Source: Phoronis australis (Eukaryota; Animalia; Phoronida). From it: 64,000 bases of DNA. The stretch is from assembly GCA_002633005.1 (NCBI GenBank), contig NMRA01000653.1, positions 162,004 through 226,003 of the forward strand. The letters run 5' to 3'. A model generated the notes under the pieces. The model did not search any database. It saw only the letters and a program-made list of their open reading frames with translations, and had not been told where the DNA came from. The translations under genes and the position numbers were made by a program. Numbering within the stretch: the stretch's first letter is position 1; the number at the start of each line of letters is the position of its first letter. Positions 14,438 through 26,785 of the stretch are shown piece by piece.

Positions 14438-16355
14438 TTAAGCGGTTCGTGCAAACGATTCAAAATTCTTGCGTAGTTTTGCCGAGCACCCTTGTGCAGA
14501 CAAAAAGCCTGACTTCCCTTGTATTGGTAAGAGCCACTGTGCAATGCCACTTAACGACTCAATCTAAGTACTCCGCTTGGCACTCCTGCAAATTTCTGTT
14601 TCTAAATAAAGAGACAAGTTGCTAAATTTGTAGCAGATGTCATGCGCACAGTTTGATACACAGGAAGCAACTCGGTGAGGTCCGCAGTCACGGCCGAAGA
14701 ACCAATTGCCACTACAAGTGTTTTTAACATTTCGTACTATAAAAATGCATGGCGTAACTCAAAAAGAGTAGGACGGTTATTCCATTGAAAGAAATAGTCG
14801 ACGGATTGTATCTTTTTAATCAATGTCTTACAAGGACTTGTAGCAATGTAAAAAATATTTTGAATTGATTTATTTGAAATAATCGAGAGAATGTTTTTGT
14901 GAGTTCAACTTTCGATTTTTATCCTCACTGCTAAGTGAACAGAACTGTTAGATCAATTTTGATGGGACTGGGAATACGGAGACCGAAAACCACAGCCAAC
15001 ATGGTCCTCAGCAACCATTAATTTAATCTTTCAACAAAAATATTTTTTTAAAAACTGGGATGCTGAAATTTGTTGGACTTTTTATGATCTTTGTGAAAAA
15101 TACTTAAGAAACTGCCTAGTCGTTACGGCTACGTTTATGCTGACTTTAATAGCCCATCGCCGTCAACATCTATGTTATCTTCCAAATTTTTGAACACCGG
15201 GTAAAAAAACAACTTCAAAGGTCAAAATGAATTACCAATCTGACGCAATGCCAAATGCTTAATACACTACAAGCGCGTATCTGATATCCAGCTCCGTCAA
15301 GGGGACACTGAGTGTCCGGAAGTTTAGTGATGACGTGTCATGGCAGTAAATGAAGTAATTTGGACCCGGAAATGAGAATAGACATGCTGCCAAACCAAAT
15401 ACTATAGAGAACAGATTTGCAACGTCGACATTTTCTTGCGTACTTTCCTAGAGTGGTGCCACTCTCCTTACCAATTTCAGTTTCGGGTTAGTGCATTGTG
15501 ACAAAGATTCTCGCATCTATTTTACTGTCTAGTACAACGAAAAAAATGTTTGTCATTGAAACGCTGTTCAAAGTCTTCCAATGATAGATCTGTTGGACTC
15601 GTGTGTACTTTTAGCACCCAATCACACAACAGCCGACCATGATTAGCAGAAGACGTGCTTGCAGGAACTAAAACTTGCTAATTTTACCAGGTGTCGCTAG
15701 TGAGTACGACGTGACGGCTTATGCGCAAGATCACAGATTTCGTCCATTGAAAATATACGGAGTTGGCGGTCCATGTACTATAGTTTATGGTCACACTGGG
15801 TCCAAAACGTAATAATGCTAAGCATTCCCATAGTATTCCTGGTAGTGCAATAACTTGAATCATTTTAGCACGCAAGAAAACAGCAAGAATTAGCAATTTG
15901 TAATAAAATGAGAAAAATGTTAGATTTTGTTGTTTTAGCGCTCTGGTGAAAACTTATCACCTCAAAAAGCCTACCCTATCAAACAATAATCCAAAATTGC
16001 ATTTTCAGCCATAAAACCTAATGTGTCACCTTAAGGCTTGACTAACAACATAACATGTAAACAAACAACAACGGCAGTAAGAAGCATGCTCATTCCATGC
16101 GAATTCTATTTCCGTGGGACGTTATCGTGTACATTACTACTATATATACATTATAACGTCGTACAAAAATGGCGAATGTGGTATCAAACGAGGGTGGTAA
16201 GAAGCGTGTATTGTATTTTTCAATCAATTGCTGTACAAGCTGGAAAACGTAAACGTCTAGTTATGAAATACGGGACAAAGACATTTATTTGCCTTGAAGG
16301 GATTCGTCAAATTTTATAATACTTTGCTTCATTTTCAGCTAATAATATGAGAAGT

Positions 16356-18147
16356 ATGGAAACAACCACTCGGCTGGTGTTATTTTGTGGATATTTAGCT
16401 GCTGTAGAAACTAGGTCATCCAGCTGGCCGCCCAAAGACTGTGGGAAGTGCTGCTGTAAAATGCACAATTCCGTGCGATATGCCAACTGTAGTTTCCGGG
16501 GGCTCGAAATCCTGCCAGATACTCTACCGGAAGACGTAGAGGCAATTGATGCGAGTTTCAACAATATCCGGGAAATTGATTCACAACAGTTTAAAAGTTA
16601 CCATGCGCTTAAATCTCTCAACTTGAAGTACAACAAAATTGTTTACCTACCGGAAGAGTTATTTATGAATGCAAAAGTTTTGCAGTATTTGAACCTAGCC
16701 GGTAATCTGTTAACGGGGCTGGCGGTGGAGATATTTGCAACACTAAGTTACCTACGGCAAATGGATGGTCTGATGGTAAGAAGCATTCCTCGGGGAGTAT
16801 TTGCGAATCTAAAAAAATTACGTGTTCTATCGTTCACTACAAACCAGACTGAGATCCCCGAGGAACTTTTCACGGGGATGTCTTTAAAAAGCATAGAAAT
16901 CGCCGGGAATAATTTGAAAACGATTCCGGCAAATCTTTTCAATCCGTGTGAAAAAACTTTGAAACAGATCAGAATATCTGGGTCGCAGTTAAGCCAACTT
17001 CCTGAAAAGATCTTCTCAAAACTCAGCATGCTGGAGATGGTCCGTATTACGAGTGACTCCAGTTTAAGTCTACCGAAGAAGTTATTTCAGTCAAGTGTCA
17101 CCAACGTCTCTCCAGAGCTCCTAAAACTTTACAAGATGATGCAAAATCTTGGATTACCGAAACCGCCTACCCGCACGGAACCAAGTACAGTCCAGGAGAT
17201 AGAGATAGACGCTCCTGCCCATCTTCCGCTGGAAATCTTTAACAACCTCCAGTCTTTGGAGAAACTTATTCTTCATCGTGTAACTAATGTGGACACAAAA
17301 CTTCTTCAAGGCCTCGCCAATTTGGACTACGTCGACTTATCGAACTGTGGCTTGGACTCGCTGGTTGGGTCCTGGTTTCAAGATCTCAGAAATATCAAAT
17401 ATCTTGACCTTAGTTTCAATAAAATAAAGTCAATTGACAATGCGTCGTTTATCGGACTGCAGTATCTGAAAGTGCTGAATCTAAGTAATAACTCGCTAAA
17501 AACGCTCTCCCCATCCTCCTTCGCTGATTTGAAAAATTCCCTGGAAGTTATCAATTTATCAAATAACTCCATTGAGAATCTACCTCCTGCTCTTTTCCAA
17601 AGGATGTGGTCTCTCAACAATCTGGACCTGAAGCACAACAAAATCACGGCGGTCGACAGAGATGCATTTAAAGGATCAAAAAAGTTGCTCGTTCTGGATA
17701 TGTCTCACAATGCAATAAGCAACGCAGAGCCACAAATTTTTAGAGAACTCACGGATCTGACGTACCTGTATCTGCATCACAATGACATCGGAGCTCTTTC
17801 CAACTCACTTTTGGAGACCTGTACTTACCTGCACCAGCTGAATCTTGCTTTCAATCGTTTCACAGAGGTTCCACAACATTTCTTACCCAATCACCATTTT
17901 CTTGAGCGCGTGTCGGTCCAAGGTAACAACTTAACGTGCAACTGTGGACTAGCCAGCATTCTTTACTATTTTCTGTATTCAACCACCGCCACGACAACAC
18001 TAGAGGGCGAATGTACCTTGCCAAAGAGGCTGAAAGGAAGAATGTTGGAGAAATTGCTCATGGACGAAATATGCACCCCAGAGGAAGTTGATTCTCTGTT
18101 CGTTAAAATGTCAGCAGACAATACGTTTGTTTCCTCAGTACCAACAA
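16356..18147 (+). CDS. LRR-mucin-TM receptor copy A, coding exon 1 (signal peptide, LRRNT, LRR array, LRRCT)
   Basis: ORF 16347-18155: hydrophobic N-terminus (RLVLFCGYLAAVET), Cys cap (CGKCCCK...ANCS), many LxxLxLxxNxL repeats, LRRCT (GNNLTCNCGL...ECTLP...ICT). The ATG at 16356 is the one shared with copy B. Acceptor tttgcttcattttcag ends at 16338; donor A|GTGAGT at 18147/18148 (phase 1). Confidence 0.92.
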
Positions 18148-18901
18148 GTGAGTAAATGTGTTCAACTTTCTGAAAAATAAGGAAATGATTTAAGCATTAT
18201 ATTTTGCTCAAATAGTTAGCTGATTTTTAACGACAAAAGATTTTGACATCTCTTTTGTTTAAATTGTACCTACAAAGTGCATAGAATTGACTATAATCAC
18301 ATACGGAAGTCATCGGCCAATGTGTTGTTAAGCAGAATGGCGTCACACTACCAAGTAATGTCGTAGGCCATGGATGGCGGAAATGACCCTTAAGTTGGGA
18401 ATGGGCGAAAGGGGCACACCCATTGGTCACACATAGAGAAAATATGAGAGCTATATTGAAGACCATGGGTACGAAATTTTACTAGTCCGACAAAGTACGA
18501 CTGTTCGTTATTCCAACATAAGTCCGGAAGTTCATGAATTAGAAGATCCATATGTCCAGAAACTAGTATCGGCAGCGTGGCAGTATAAGTTTAAAAACAA
18601 CAGCGAAAACTCAGTACATAATGTCGAACGTCGTTTCGAACCTTTGGCGCTCGGTCGTTGACATATTTGTTTCAGCCAGACCTTTCGCTTGCAGAACATT
18701 TTCGAAATTACTGTTCGGAACCTTGTTTCTGTCATTATTGTTATGAGTGATCAAGTTAATTAAAACCAACTTCTTAAATTTCGTACTTATGAACTTTCAC
18801 GCTGCCTTGCATTCAGTTAAATGGACATGCGTTCTTTCGGTCTTATGCATCTTTGGACTTATGGAACAGACAAACCTTTGATGCAGATTGTAGGAAGTAG
18901 T

Positions 18902-19319
18902 GGCCGGTTGCATGAAACAGTCCCAAATAAGGACTCGGATAAGGTCCCTAAGTCGTTTTCGTATTTGTGTCTTTATGGACTAACAGGTATAATTTCATCT
19001 CGATTGCGAGCTCCTCTTTGTTTAATGACATTTTCTAATAATATAACTAAAAACTGAGCCCAGAATTCATTGAGAATAAATAGGAACTCAGCCCTAACAT
19101 TGGGGGTGTTGCATGAAACGATCCCTAAATATTCTCCATAAAATTGACAATTCAACATAGACTTCACTCTCGATTTGCACTAACGTAAAAAACTGACTTA
19201 GTAACGAAACTAAAACAATACAAGAAAGAGCAATCAATGCTTTCACAAGTCCAAAAGTAGGCAGTAGATTTAGGGAACTTAGTTGAGTCCCTGTTTGCAA
19301 CTGTTTCATGCAACCGGGC
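18902..19319. mobile_element. MITE with ccggttgcatgaaacag TIRs (PIF/Harbinger-like ends) in intron 1 of copy A
   Basis: 17-bp TIR at 18904-18920 and 19301-19317; absent at the mirrored site ~45195-45215; the whole insert lies between atggaac repeats (18861-18867, 19322-19328). Confidence 0.7.
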
Positions 19320-20161
19320 AAATGGAACTTCGAATTTTGTCCACCTCTAAACTGGTAAAACTCGTGGATCTTAGGACAAGTGGACATTCGGATTGTGAAC
19401 ATTGACCCGTTTCAAACATTTAAACGATTAACCGTTCAGTAATTTTGGTGCGCGTTTCATTATTAAGCATTGTCAAGATTACATCTACTCAATTCGCAAA
19501 TAGTGAATAGTTTGATGGTTTCTATTTAAGAGACAAAATCCTGCTAAAGTCCAGTGAAACATGCAATGAACATTAATAGGATCTAACAGTTCATTTCATT
19601 AGCCAAAGTCACGTGTTCTCATTTAATCTCTCACGTAATCTCGTGAAGTCTTGCTTTTTAGCGTGGTTCTAGCATTACTGAACGAGAGGCTGGGTTCCAA
19701 GAAAACAAAATATAATACTTTGGCACAGCATCTCGTAGGGAAATTTACCTGGGCGTTGTTGGATAATGTGGGAGCTCAAGCATCCCCGCCCCCCTCGTCT
19801 GCCGTTCATGTAGGAAGATGATGCGCTGCAGGAATTTACCATTGCTGATGCTACTGGAGTTATTTTGAAAAATAGGACATGTTTCGAATGTTATGAAATG
19901 TGCGTGAAGCGTGTAGTTAGTCTTATTCAATATGATGTGGCTGTTTTTTTGTCACTTCCAGTTGATTTTGATTCGATCGCTGATGCTTTGTGCATTATAT
20001 GTGATGATGGGCTTAAAAATTTGATTTATATGAAAAATTTCCTCGAGGGCGCAAACTTTCATGGTTCTGTACGTTTCTATTAATTATTGACACACACATG
20101 TGTAAATTGATCTTGATGATGCTACTATTTTCAAAACGACCGGAAGTGAAATGACGAATTA

Positions 20162-20321
20162 TAGCGGCGAGTCCAGGGTTTTGAGTTAGGGGGATGGGGC
20201 AAGTCAGAGTATTAGCCATGATTTTGCCCGTCAAACATTCGCACCCCCAAACTTCCAAATGGAATCTGGTAGACTTTTAGAGGGGTGCATTGGCCCTTCG
20301 GCCCCCCTAAATCCGCCACTA
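20162..20321 (-). mobile_element. Older copy of the CAGTGGCG MITE family, shared by both arms (mirror ~43869-44025)
   Basis: Ends ...cccccctaaatccgccact; a degenerate counterpart at the mirrored position shows insertion predates the duplication. Confidence 0.6.
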
Positions 20322-21003
20322 AGTTATCGACGAAATCCCGTTTCCACATGCAAACAATTGTTACCACTGAAGCACAAGAATTGTAAAAACTTGGTAACCT
20401 GAAGGGTCAGGGCTCCTCGCACATTAGCACAAATTTTTAACCAATTTGTTTCAAGCAATTCATATCTAATCCGGCAAGAGTGAAACAAAAATGGGTTTTA
20501 ACGACATAGTTCATACTCTCATGACAACCCATTTTTGTAATATACCACACTGGTCTATTTTAACATTTTGAATTTCTAAGTTGTGAAATAGTCACAGCCC
20601 CGGGGTTACGCCAATGTTTTGGTCGGGATTTGTGTTAAGAAATCTAGGAGAAACANACTAAGTTATCGACGAAATCCCGTTTCCTCATGCAAACAATTGT
20701 TACCACTGAAGCACAAGAATCGTAAAAACTTGGTAACCTGAAGGGTCAGGGCTCCTCGCACATTAGCACAAATTTTTAACCAATTTGTTTCAAGCAATTC
20801 ATATCTAATCCGGCAAGAGTGAAACAGAAATTCAAAATGATAAAACAGACCAGTGTGGTATATTACAAAAATGGGTTGTCATGAGAGTATGAACTATGTC
20901 GTTAAAACCCATTTTTGTTTCACTCTTGTTGTGAAATAGTCACAGCCCCGGGGTTACGCCAATGTTTTGGTCGGGATTTGTGTTAAGAAATCTAGGAGAA
21001 ACA
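20318..21003 (+). other. ~340-bp duplication joined by a single N (probably two haplotypes); second copy has a micro-inversion
   Basis: 20318-20655 is repeated at 20657-21003, N at 20656; single copy in the right arm. Confidence 0.8.
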
Positions 21004-21676
21004 TTCTTCAAGATAGTTCACTATGAAAGACCTCCACGTAGAAGTTCTCATTTGGCCTTTTTGCCTGTTAAGCTATCAATGTTCAGGACTTTCGTAAGGC
21101 GAGACAATTTATCTCGGATGAAAAGTGGCCTCGTGACTTCGAACAATGGACTGATATATCCCGCGTTTTGTTGAGAATTCAAAAACATGTACTGGGCTCT
21201 GTTTCATATTAAGTTTCTTAGGACTCAAGTCAGAAATTTGGTCTTACACGCCACACAACTATTTCTGAAAAATAATCTGAAAAATAATAAAATCCCACTT
21301 GAGCAAAATGCTAAGTGTCTGAGAACAAACACGAAACTGCTAGTTATTGAGATAATTTCTATTATTTACTTCTATGCTGTGGTGTGTTAATAATTCCTTG
21401 GATAAACGTTTTTTAGCAATTGCGAAGTGGGAGTGTAAGACCGAATTTCTGTCTCGAGTCTTTCAGCCATTTTCACGAAACAGACCACAGATGTGGGTAA
21501 AAATATTACTAGTTGTATTGTAATTCTCCTTAAGTCATGGAGATTGATCTGTACCTAAAACTTCACGGCGTTTACATGGTGTAGAAACGTCTCACTGTTT
21601 ACTGTAAATAGCTACATACATACTCAACACACATGTGTTTTCTGTTGTGTTAACAGTTTTAACGTTTTCCGTCTAG

Positions 21677-23119
21677 GGCAAAGACAATTTTTGGTATCGA
21701 CAACTCCAGCTATTGCAGCGACAACTACTACTGCTACTGCAGCACCAATGACTTCTACAATACCACCAATGAATACCACAACACAGGAAACTACAATAAC
21801 AATTATCAAGTCACCAACAACTACCTCTAGACCATCAACTGCCTCTACACCAACGACTACCACAACACCAACGACTACCACAACACCAACGACTACTACG
21901 ACATCAAAGACTACCACTACACCAGCAACTACCACTACACCAACGACTACCACNNNNNNNNNNNNNNNNNNNNNNNNNNNNNNNNNNNNNNNNNNNNNNN
22001 NNNNNNNNNNNNNNNNNNNNNNNNNNNNNNNNNNNNNNNNNNNNNNNNNNNNNNNNNNNNNNNNNNNNNNNNNNNNNNNNNNNNNNNNNNNNNNNNNNNN
22101 NNNNNNNNNNNNNNNNNNNNNNNNNNNNNNNNNNNNNNNNNNNNNNNNNNNNNNNNNNNNNNNNNNNNNNNNNNNNNNNNNNNNNNNNNNNNNNNNNNNN
22201 NNNNNNNNNNNNNNNNNNNNNNNNNNNNNNNNNNNNNNNNNNNNNNNNNNNNNNNNNNNNNNNNNNNNNNNNNNNNNNNNNNNNNNNNNNNNNNNNNNNN
22301 NNNNNNNNACACCAACAACTACCACTACACCAACGACTACCACTACTCCAACGACTACCACTACACCATCAACTACCACTACACCATCAACTACCACTAC
22401 ACCAATAACTACCACTACAGCAACGACTACCACTAGACCAACAACTATCACTACACTAACAACTACCACAACACCAGCAACTACCACTGTACTAATGACT
22501 ATCAATACGTCATCAACTACCACTACACCAATAACTGCCACTACACCAACAACTACCACTACACCAACGACTACCACTACACCGGCAACTACCACTACAG
22601 GAGCGACTACCACTACACCAGCAACTACCACTACACCAATATCTACCACTATACCAACTATCACTACAGCATCGACTACTACAACACCAATGACTATCAC
22701 TACACCAATAACTACCATTACACAAGCAACAACTACTACACCAACAACTATCACTATACCATCGATTACCACTGCACCAACGACTACAACTCCAACAACA
22801 ACTATCTCTACACCAACGACCTCCACAACACTAACGACTACCACAATACCGACGACTAGCTTAACACCACCAACAACGACCACTTCACTAACAACAATTA
22901 ACCAAACACCTACTACACCTATACCAACGCCAACAATTTCCACATCATCAGGTAGACCAAGACCGACAACCAAAGTTCCAACAACAGGTACACCACCACT
23001 AACGAGAGTAACACGAATTACTACTATCTATACACCAATAACAAGTTTAATACCAACAACGGCAACTACAAGCACTGTGCACGGGGTTATGAGAAAGGCT
23101 AGAGATGAAATACGTATAG
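21677..23119 (+). CDS. Copy A coding exon 2: Thr/Pro-rich mucin-like stalk (spans an assembly gap)
   Basis: Acceptor ttttccgtctag|GG at 21676/21677 is phase-1 compatible with exon 1; PTTTTT-type repeats; donor AG|GTAAGG at 23119/23120 (phase 1). Gap 21954-22308 lies inside. Confidence 0.82.
21954..22308. other. Assembly gap within the mucin repeat
   Basis: Run of N. Confidence 1.
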
Positions 23120-23964
23120 GTAAGGGTTGTTTCTTAATTTTATATTTTGGTAAACAATCTTTTGTCTTATTTGCTGCTGCTCAGAAAGACTGTTCATTGG
23201 AACGCTCGATTTTCTTATAGCGAATACAAACCCACGTTTTGTCCAAAAATGGTTCTTATGATTTAGGCTCCTTTGGGCTCCTTTAGGCTCCTTTAGGCTA
23301 TAAAGTTGGTCGCAGCTTGTTGCTTACTCTGGTAAGAAGTTATTTCTTAGTTAGTGAAGAACTGAAAATTCTTTAACGCTTAAGATAATGCTCGGCAAAC
23401 AAAATGTCATTGGTGTCACTTTGATCTTGCATCAGATATCAAATTGTGCAACTACCGGTAACTCCAGGTTCATGGCCGTAAGAAAAATAAACAGTCAATA
23501 TCACTCCCGTCATATTCAAATCAGGTAACGTAATAATACATTCAGTAAATTGACAGATACCTAGTCTTGTTCGATACCTAGCCAGAGACGTTCATTAAGT
23601 TGGCTGTAAGCCCTCGCTCAGCCCAAGGAACGAACTTTGAATTTAGACCACTTAACGTTGGAAATTTGATCCCAACTTGTTCCTTACTGAGATGAGAAGT
23701 GATTTCAGAATTTGTACTCCAGAATTTGAAGTTCGTTATTCTTAAAGACCGTGCTCAGCGTATGAAATAACACGCTTCAGAGGACAGCTTGTGGAGTCTG
23801 GTCTCTAGAAATAACGCCCTGACGAGATTTGAAATTACACCGGATGTGACTAAAGAACAACTTATGACCAAAATCACGGCACGTGGTTAAAATTTAAAAT
23901 TGATTTTTATGGTGAAAGGTGGGTTCAAAGAGGTTGATAATGCTAACAAGATCACGACCAAACA

Positions 23965-24482
23965 TTAGAACTCGGTTTTCATAGAATGAGTACATACACC
24001 CTACTGACGACTACTCAACTGGACTTGGAATAAACGAGGGAAAATCCAGGGTAGTGAAACGTACTAAAAAGTGAAGCCAACGTTTGGAGACGCAGTTTGT
24101 CACTTTCTTAAGTGGGACTTTGCGTGTTTTCCTCAAGTATCAAACGAGTGCGTTAACCATATACAGACTCAAAATGCTGTTTACTAGCTCCATTCTGTAA
24201 GTGCACTTGTAATCTACTCGACATAGGAACTCGCAGTATGTACAACGTAACAGGTATTATGAAGGCAAACACAATAGTCTTGAGACATCTGTCGTGATAC
24301 TTGAGTAAAACACGCTATTTTTATATTGAAAATAACGAACGGTGCCTCCAAACATTGGAGTCACTTGTTATTAAAGTTCACTGAGTCCTCAGCAATCACT
24401 CAGCAGGACACTGGATATTCCAGCGTTTTATACTTGTTGAATTGAGTACATGTAGTCATTCTGTGAGGTATTGAGCTCCTAT
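23965..24482. mobile_element. Fold-back element with long imperfect inverted arms in intron 2 of copy A
   Basis: ccaacgtttggagac...gcgtgttttcctcaagtatca (~24077-24141) pairs with tgatacttgagtaaaacacgc...gcctccaaacattgg (~24295-24358); pairing extends outward (agaatgagtacat / atgtagtcattct). Confidence 0.6.
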
Positions 24483-25124
24483 ACATCGTTATAGTAGTGT
24501 GATTATCTTTAATGGATACGTACGTCCCAGACGAATTTCCGGACAACTTATAGTATGTACTATTATGTTAAATCTGACTTAAATTCATTTTTCTTATAAC
24601 CACGAGGTTGGAATAATTTTTGTACAGTTTGATTCCCACCAGTTGGAGAGTCTGTAAATTAAGGATGATAAGGGGAAATGGAACGTTGTTTTGAACAAGA
24701 CATGGATAAAGAAAAAATACTGCTCAACCACTGACTAATGCTAGTCTGTTGCCATTGGGTAGTCATTCAGAAATGTTCGACATGTGGCGCGAAATCTCTA
24801 ATGTTAGACGGTCTTCTGATGGGATAGTTTTATTAAATAAAGAGCAAACATTTCACACAATTATAATTCTAGTTTCAAAATGGATAAATTATGATAAGCA
24901 CGAAAGTTTTGGGACATCCAATTGCTGTTGATATAAAAGGAATTATTTCATCTACTAGAAATTGCATTGCAATCACATCAAAATTAAATTATTGTTTGAC
25001 ATGTATGACTTTATTAATTAAATTGTTGTGGTTGTAGTAAAGTTATGTTAAAAGAATATCATTGCAGTGTTGGTGGGGACGCCGGGTGTTAAAAATTATG
25101 ATTGTCAATTGTCTTTAATTCTAG

Positions 25125-25510
25125 TACCCCTTTCGACAACGACTGCACACAATTTTGAACTGTCTATCGGTCCTATTGAAAAGAATAACGAGGTCATTCT
25201 GGAGGACTCGTCGCGCAACGAAAGACGACCACTAGATGTCGTGCCCACACCAAAGATGGCATCTTCCACAAAACTATCCATCATTATATCGCGGGACCAC
25301 TTCTCTCTTCGACCGCACAACTCCGAAGTGGTTGCGACGACTACCAGGGTAGTTACTGGTCAACAAATAGAAACAGTACACGAGACCACGTGGTTTTTAC
25401 CTGTTGCTGTAACGACGGGTGGCTGCACGGCTTTGGTATCGATAATTATTGCCGTGCGATATTATTATAAATATTTTAGAATGCATACCTATATCGTGAA
25501 CAAGGTATGA
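25125..25510 (+). CDS. Copy A coding exon 3: spacer, transmembrane helix, short cytoplasmic tail
   Basis: Acceptor ttgtctttaattctag|TA at 25124/25125 (phase 1; weaker alternative at 25068). Encodes WFLPVAVTTGGCTALVSIIIAV then RYYYKYFRMHTYIVNKV*, homologous to the copy B C-terminus. AATAAA at ~25680. Confidence 0.8.
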
Positions 25511-26785
25511 ATTGACAATGGTGGCGATGTGGCCATTTTTTAAACATAATGATGAACAACTATATTCCGAGAAACTAGAAGTGCCAAAGTAGTTTGTGCA
25601 ATTGCGAAAGCGAAAATGAGAAATTAGGTTATTTCTGCAGATGATGAACACCTCGCAGTAATAAGTTATTTTTTATTGAAATAAACTTTAATATGTAAAT
25701 CTGTCATGAGGTAGAAAAAACTTTACTACAGACTCTGTTTATCAATGTTTACTTTTATGAATGTATGTGTAATCCCCGGTGAAATATGCTTTTACTGACA
25801 CTGGTCACGTGTCATAGTCGATGTGGAAACTATTATGCGCGTGTTTAGGCTTTTTTGCCTTTATGTTAAGTTGCGCCTATATCCGAAATTAATCTTGAGA
25901 AAAACCTGAGCTAATTTCTAAGATTTTACATGAATGAAACCGGACATATTCGTTTCAAAATGGTACACGTTAATTTGCACTGCCTGGTCAGTGGGCAACA
26001 AAGCGCGCCTTTTGTCAAAAAACTCATTTACATACAGAAATAATAATAATACGGCGAATGTAACTGCACTGAAATCAAGCTCTTTCAGGAATGAGTTAAA
26101 AACTCATACTCCCTATGTCACAGACTGGAGATTATGGTCTTGGTAAAGTCGTCTATTCCCATAGCTTCCGTTTGATTCGCTAAAAGCGTAGGTAACGCTT
26201 GGTCGTTTAGTAGATTTTGAAAGGAGTTTTGAAATTTTTTCCAGATTTTTGCGGGTTGTCGAGGGTTAGTATAGGGCAACATTTTGTTTCAAAGAGTTAG
26301 ATGGGAAAGTCGTTTTAGTGTCTGTCAATATGCCAACGTAAGCAAGCCGACAGTATAAGGGAAATCACGTGTGCACTGAAATATGTTATTCCGTTACTGC
26401 TGACGTGGTTGTTGCCAACGATGAAGAATTCATGCCCTTCCCCATTCCATTCGTTGGTGCCAACTACAATATTTCAGAAGAGTTGCTTGAAATTTGTTTT
26501 TGTAATCTTTCACGAATAACGGGCAAATACTTCCCGTTACTGAATGGGCACCTATTAGGATTGGTATCGACATTGCCAACTTCAGAGGGAAATGATATGA
26601 TGGCGTGGCAAATATGAGAGGAGCCAACGTTGGCGTGCAAGTAATCCAACGCACATGCCATCTTTTTTGCCTCGCTGGTTCCCTGCGTGCTTAGCCCAGC
26701 CAGCACGCAGGTATCACGCAGTGGCACGCGCTTTAGCATTGGTCTATGTACAACACTGTGAAAAAATGGCGGACTGTGAACGATT

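Larger units (their letters stand above)
2554..26717 (+). repeat. Left arm of a large inverted segmental duplication (palindrome)
   Basis: Collinear reverse-complement landmarks with the right arm: 2554-2617/62836-62899, ~3083-3170/62018-62105, ~5660-5750/59290-59380, 12278-12494/55450-55666, LRR exon 16356-18147/45980-47798, TM exon/~37693-37860, 26678-26717/34514-34557. Interrupted by arm-specific insertions. Confidence 0.95.

Noticed and set aside
21624-22973. Val-rich ORFs (21624-22973 minus; 37868-38851 plus)
   Set aside because: Antisense shadows of the Thr-codon mucin repeats.
16347-25510. Calling the genes Toll-like receptors, VLRs or GP1BA orthologs
   Set aside because: No TIR exon seen, no flanking LRR cassette library or incomplete germline gene as in VLR loci, and orthology cannot be shown without a search; only the architecture is similar.
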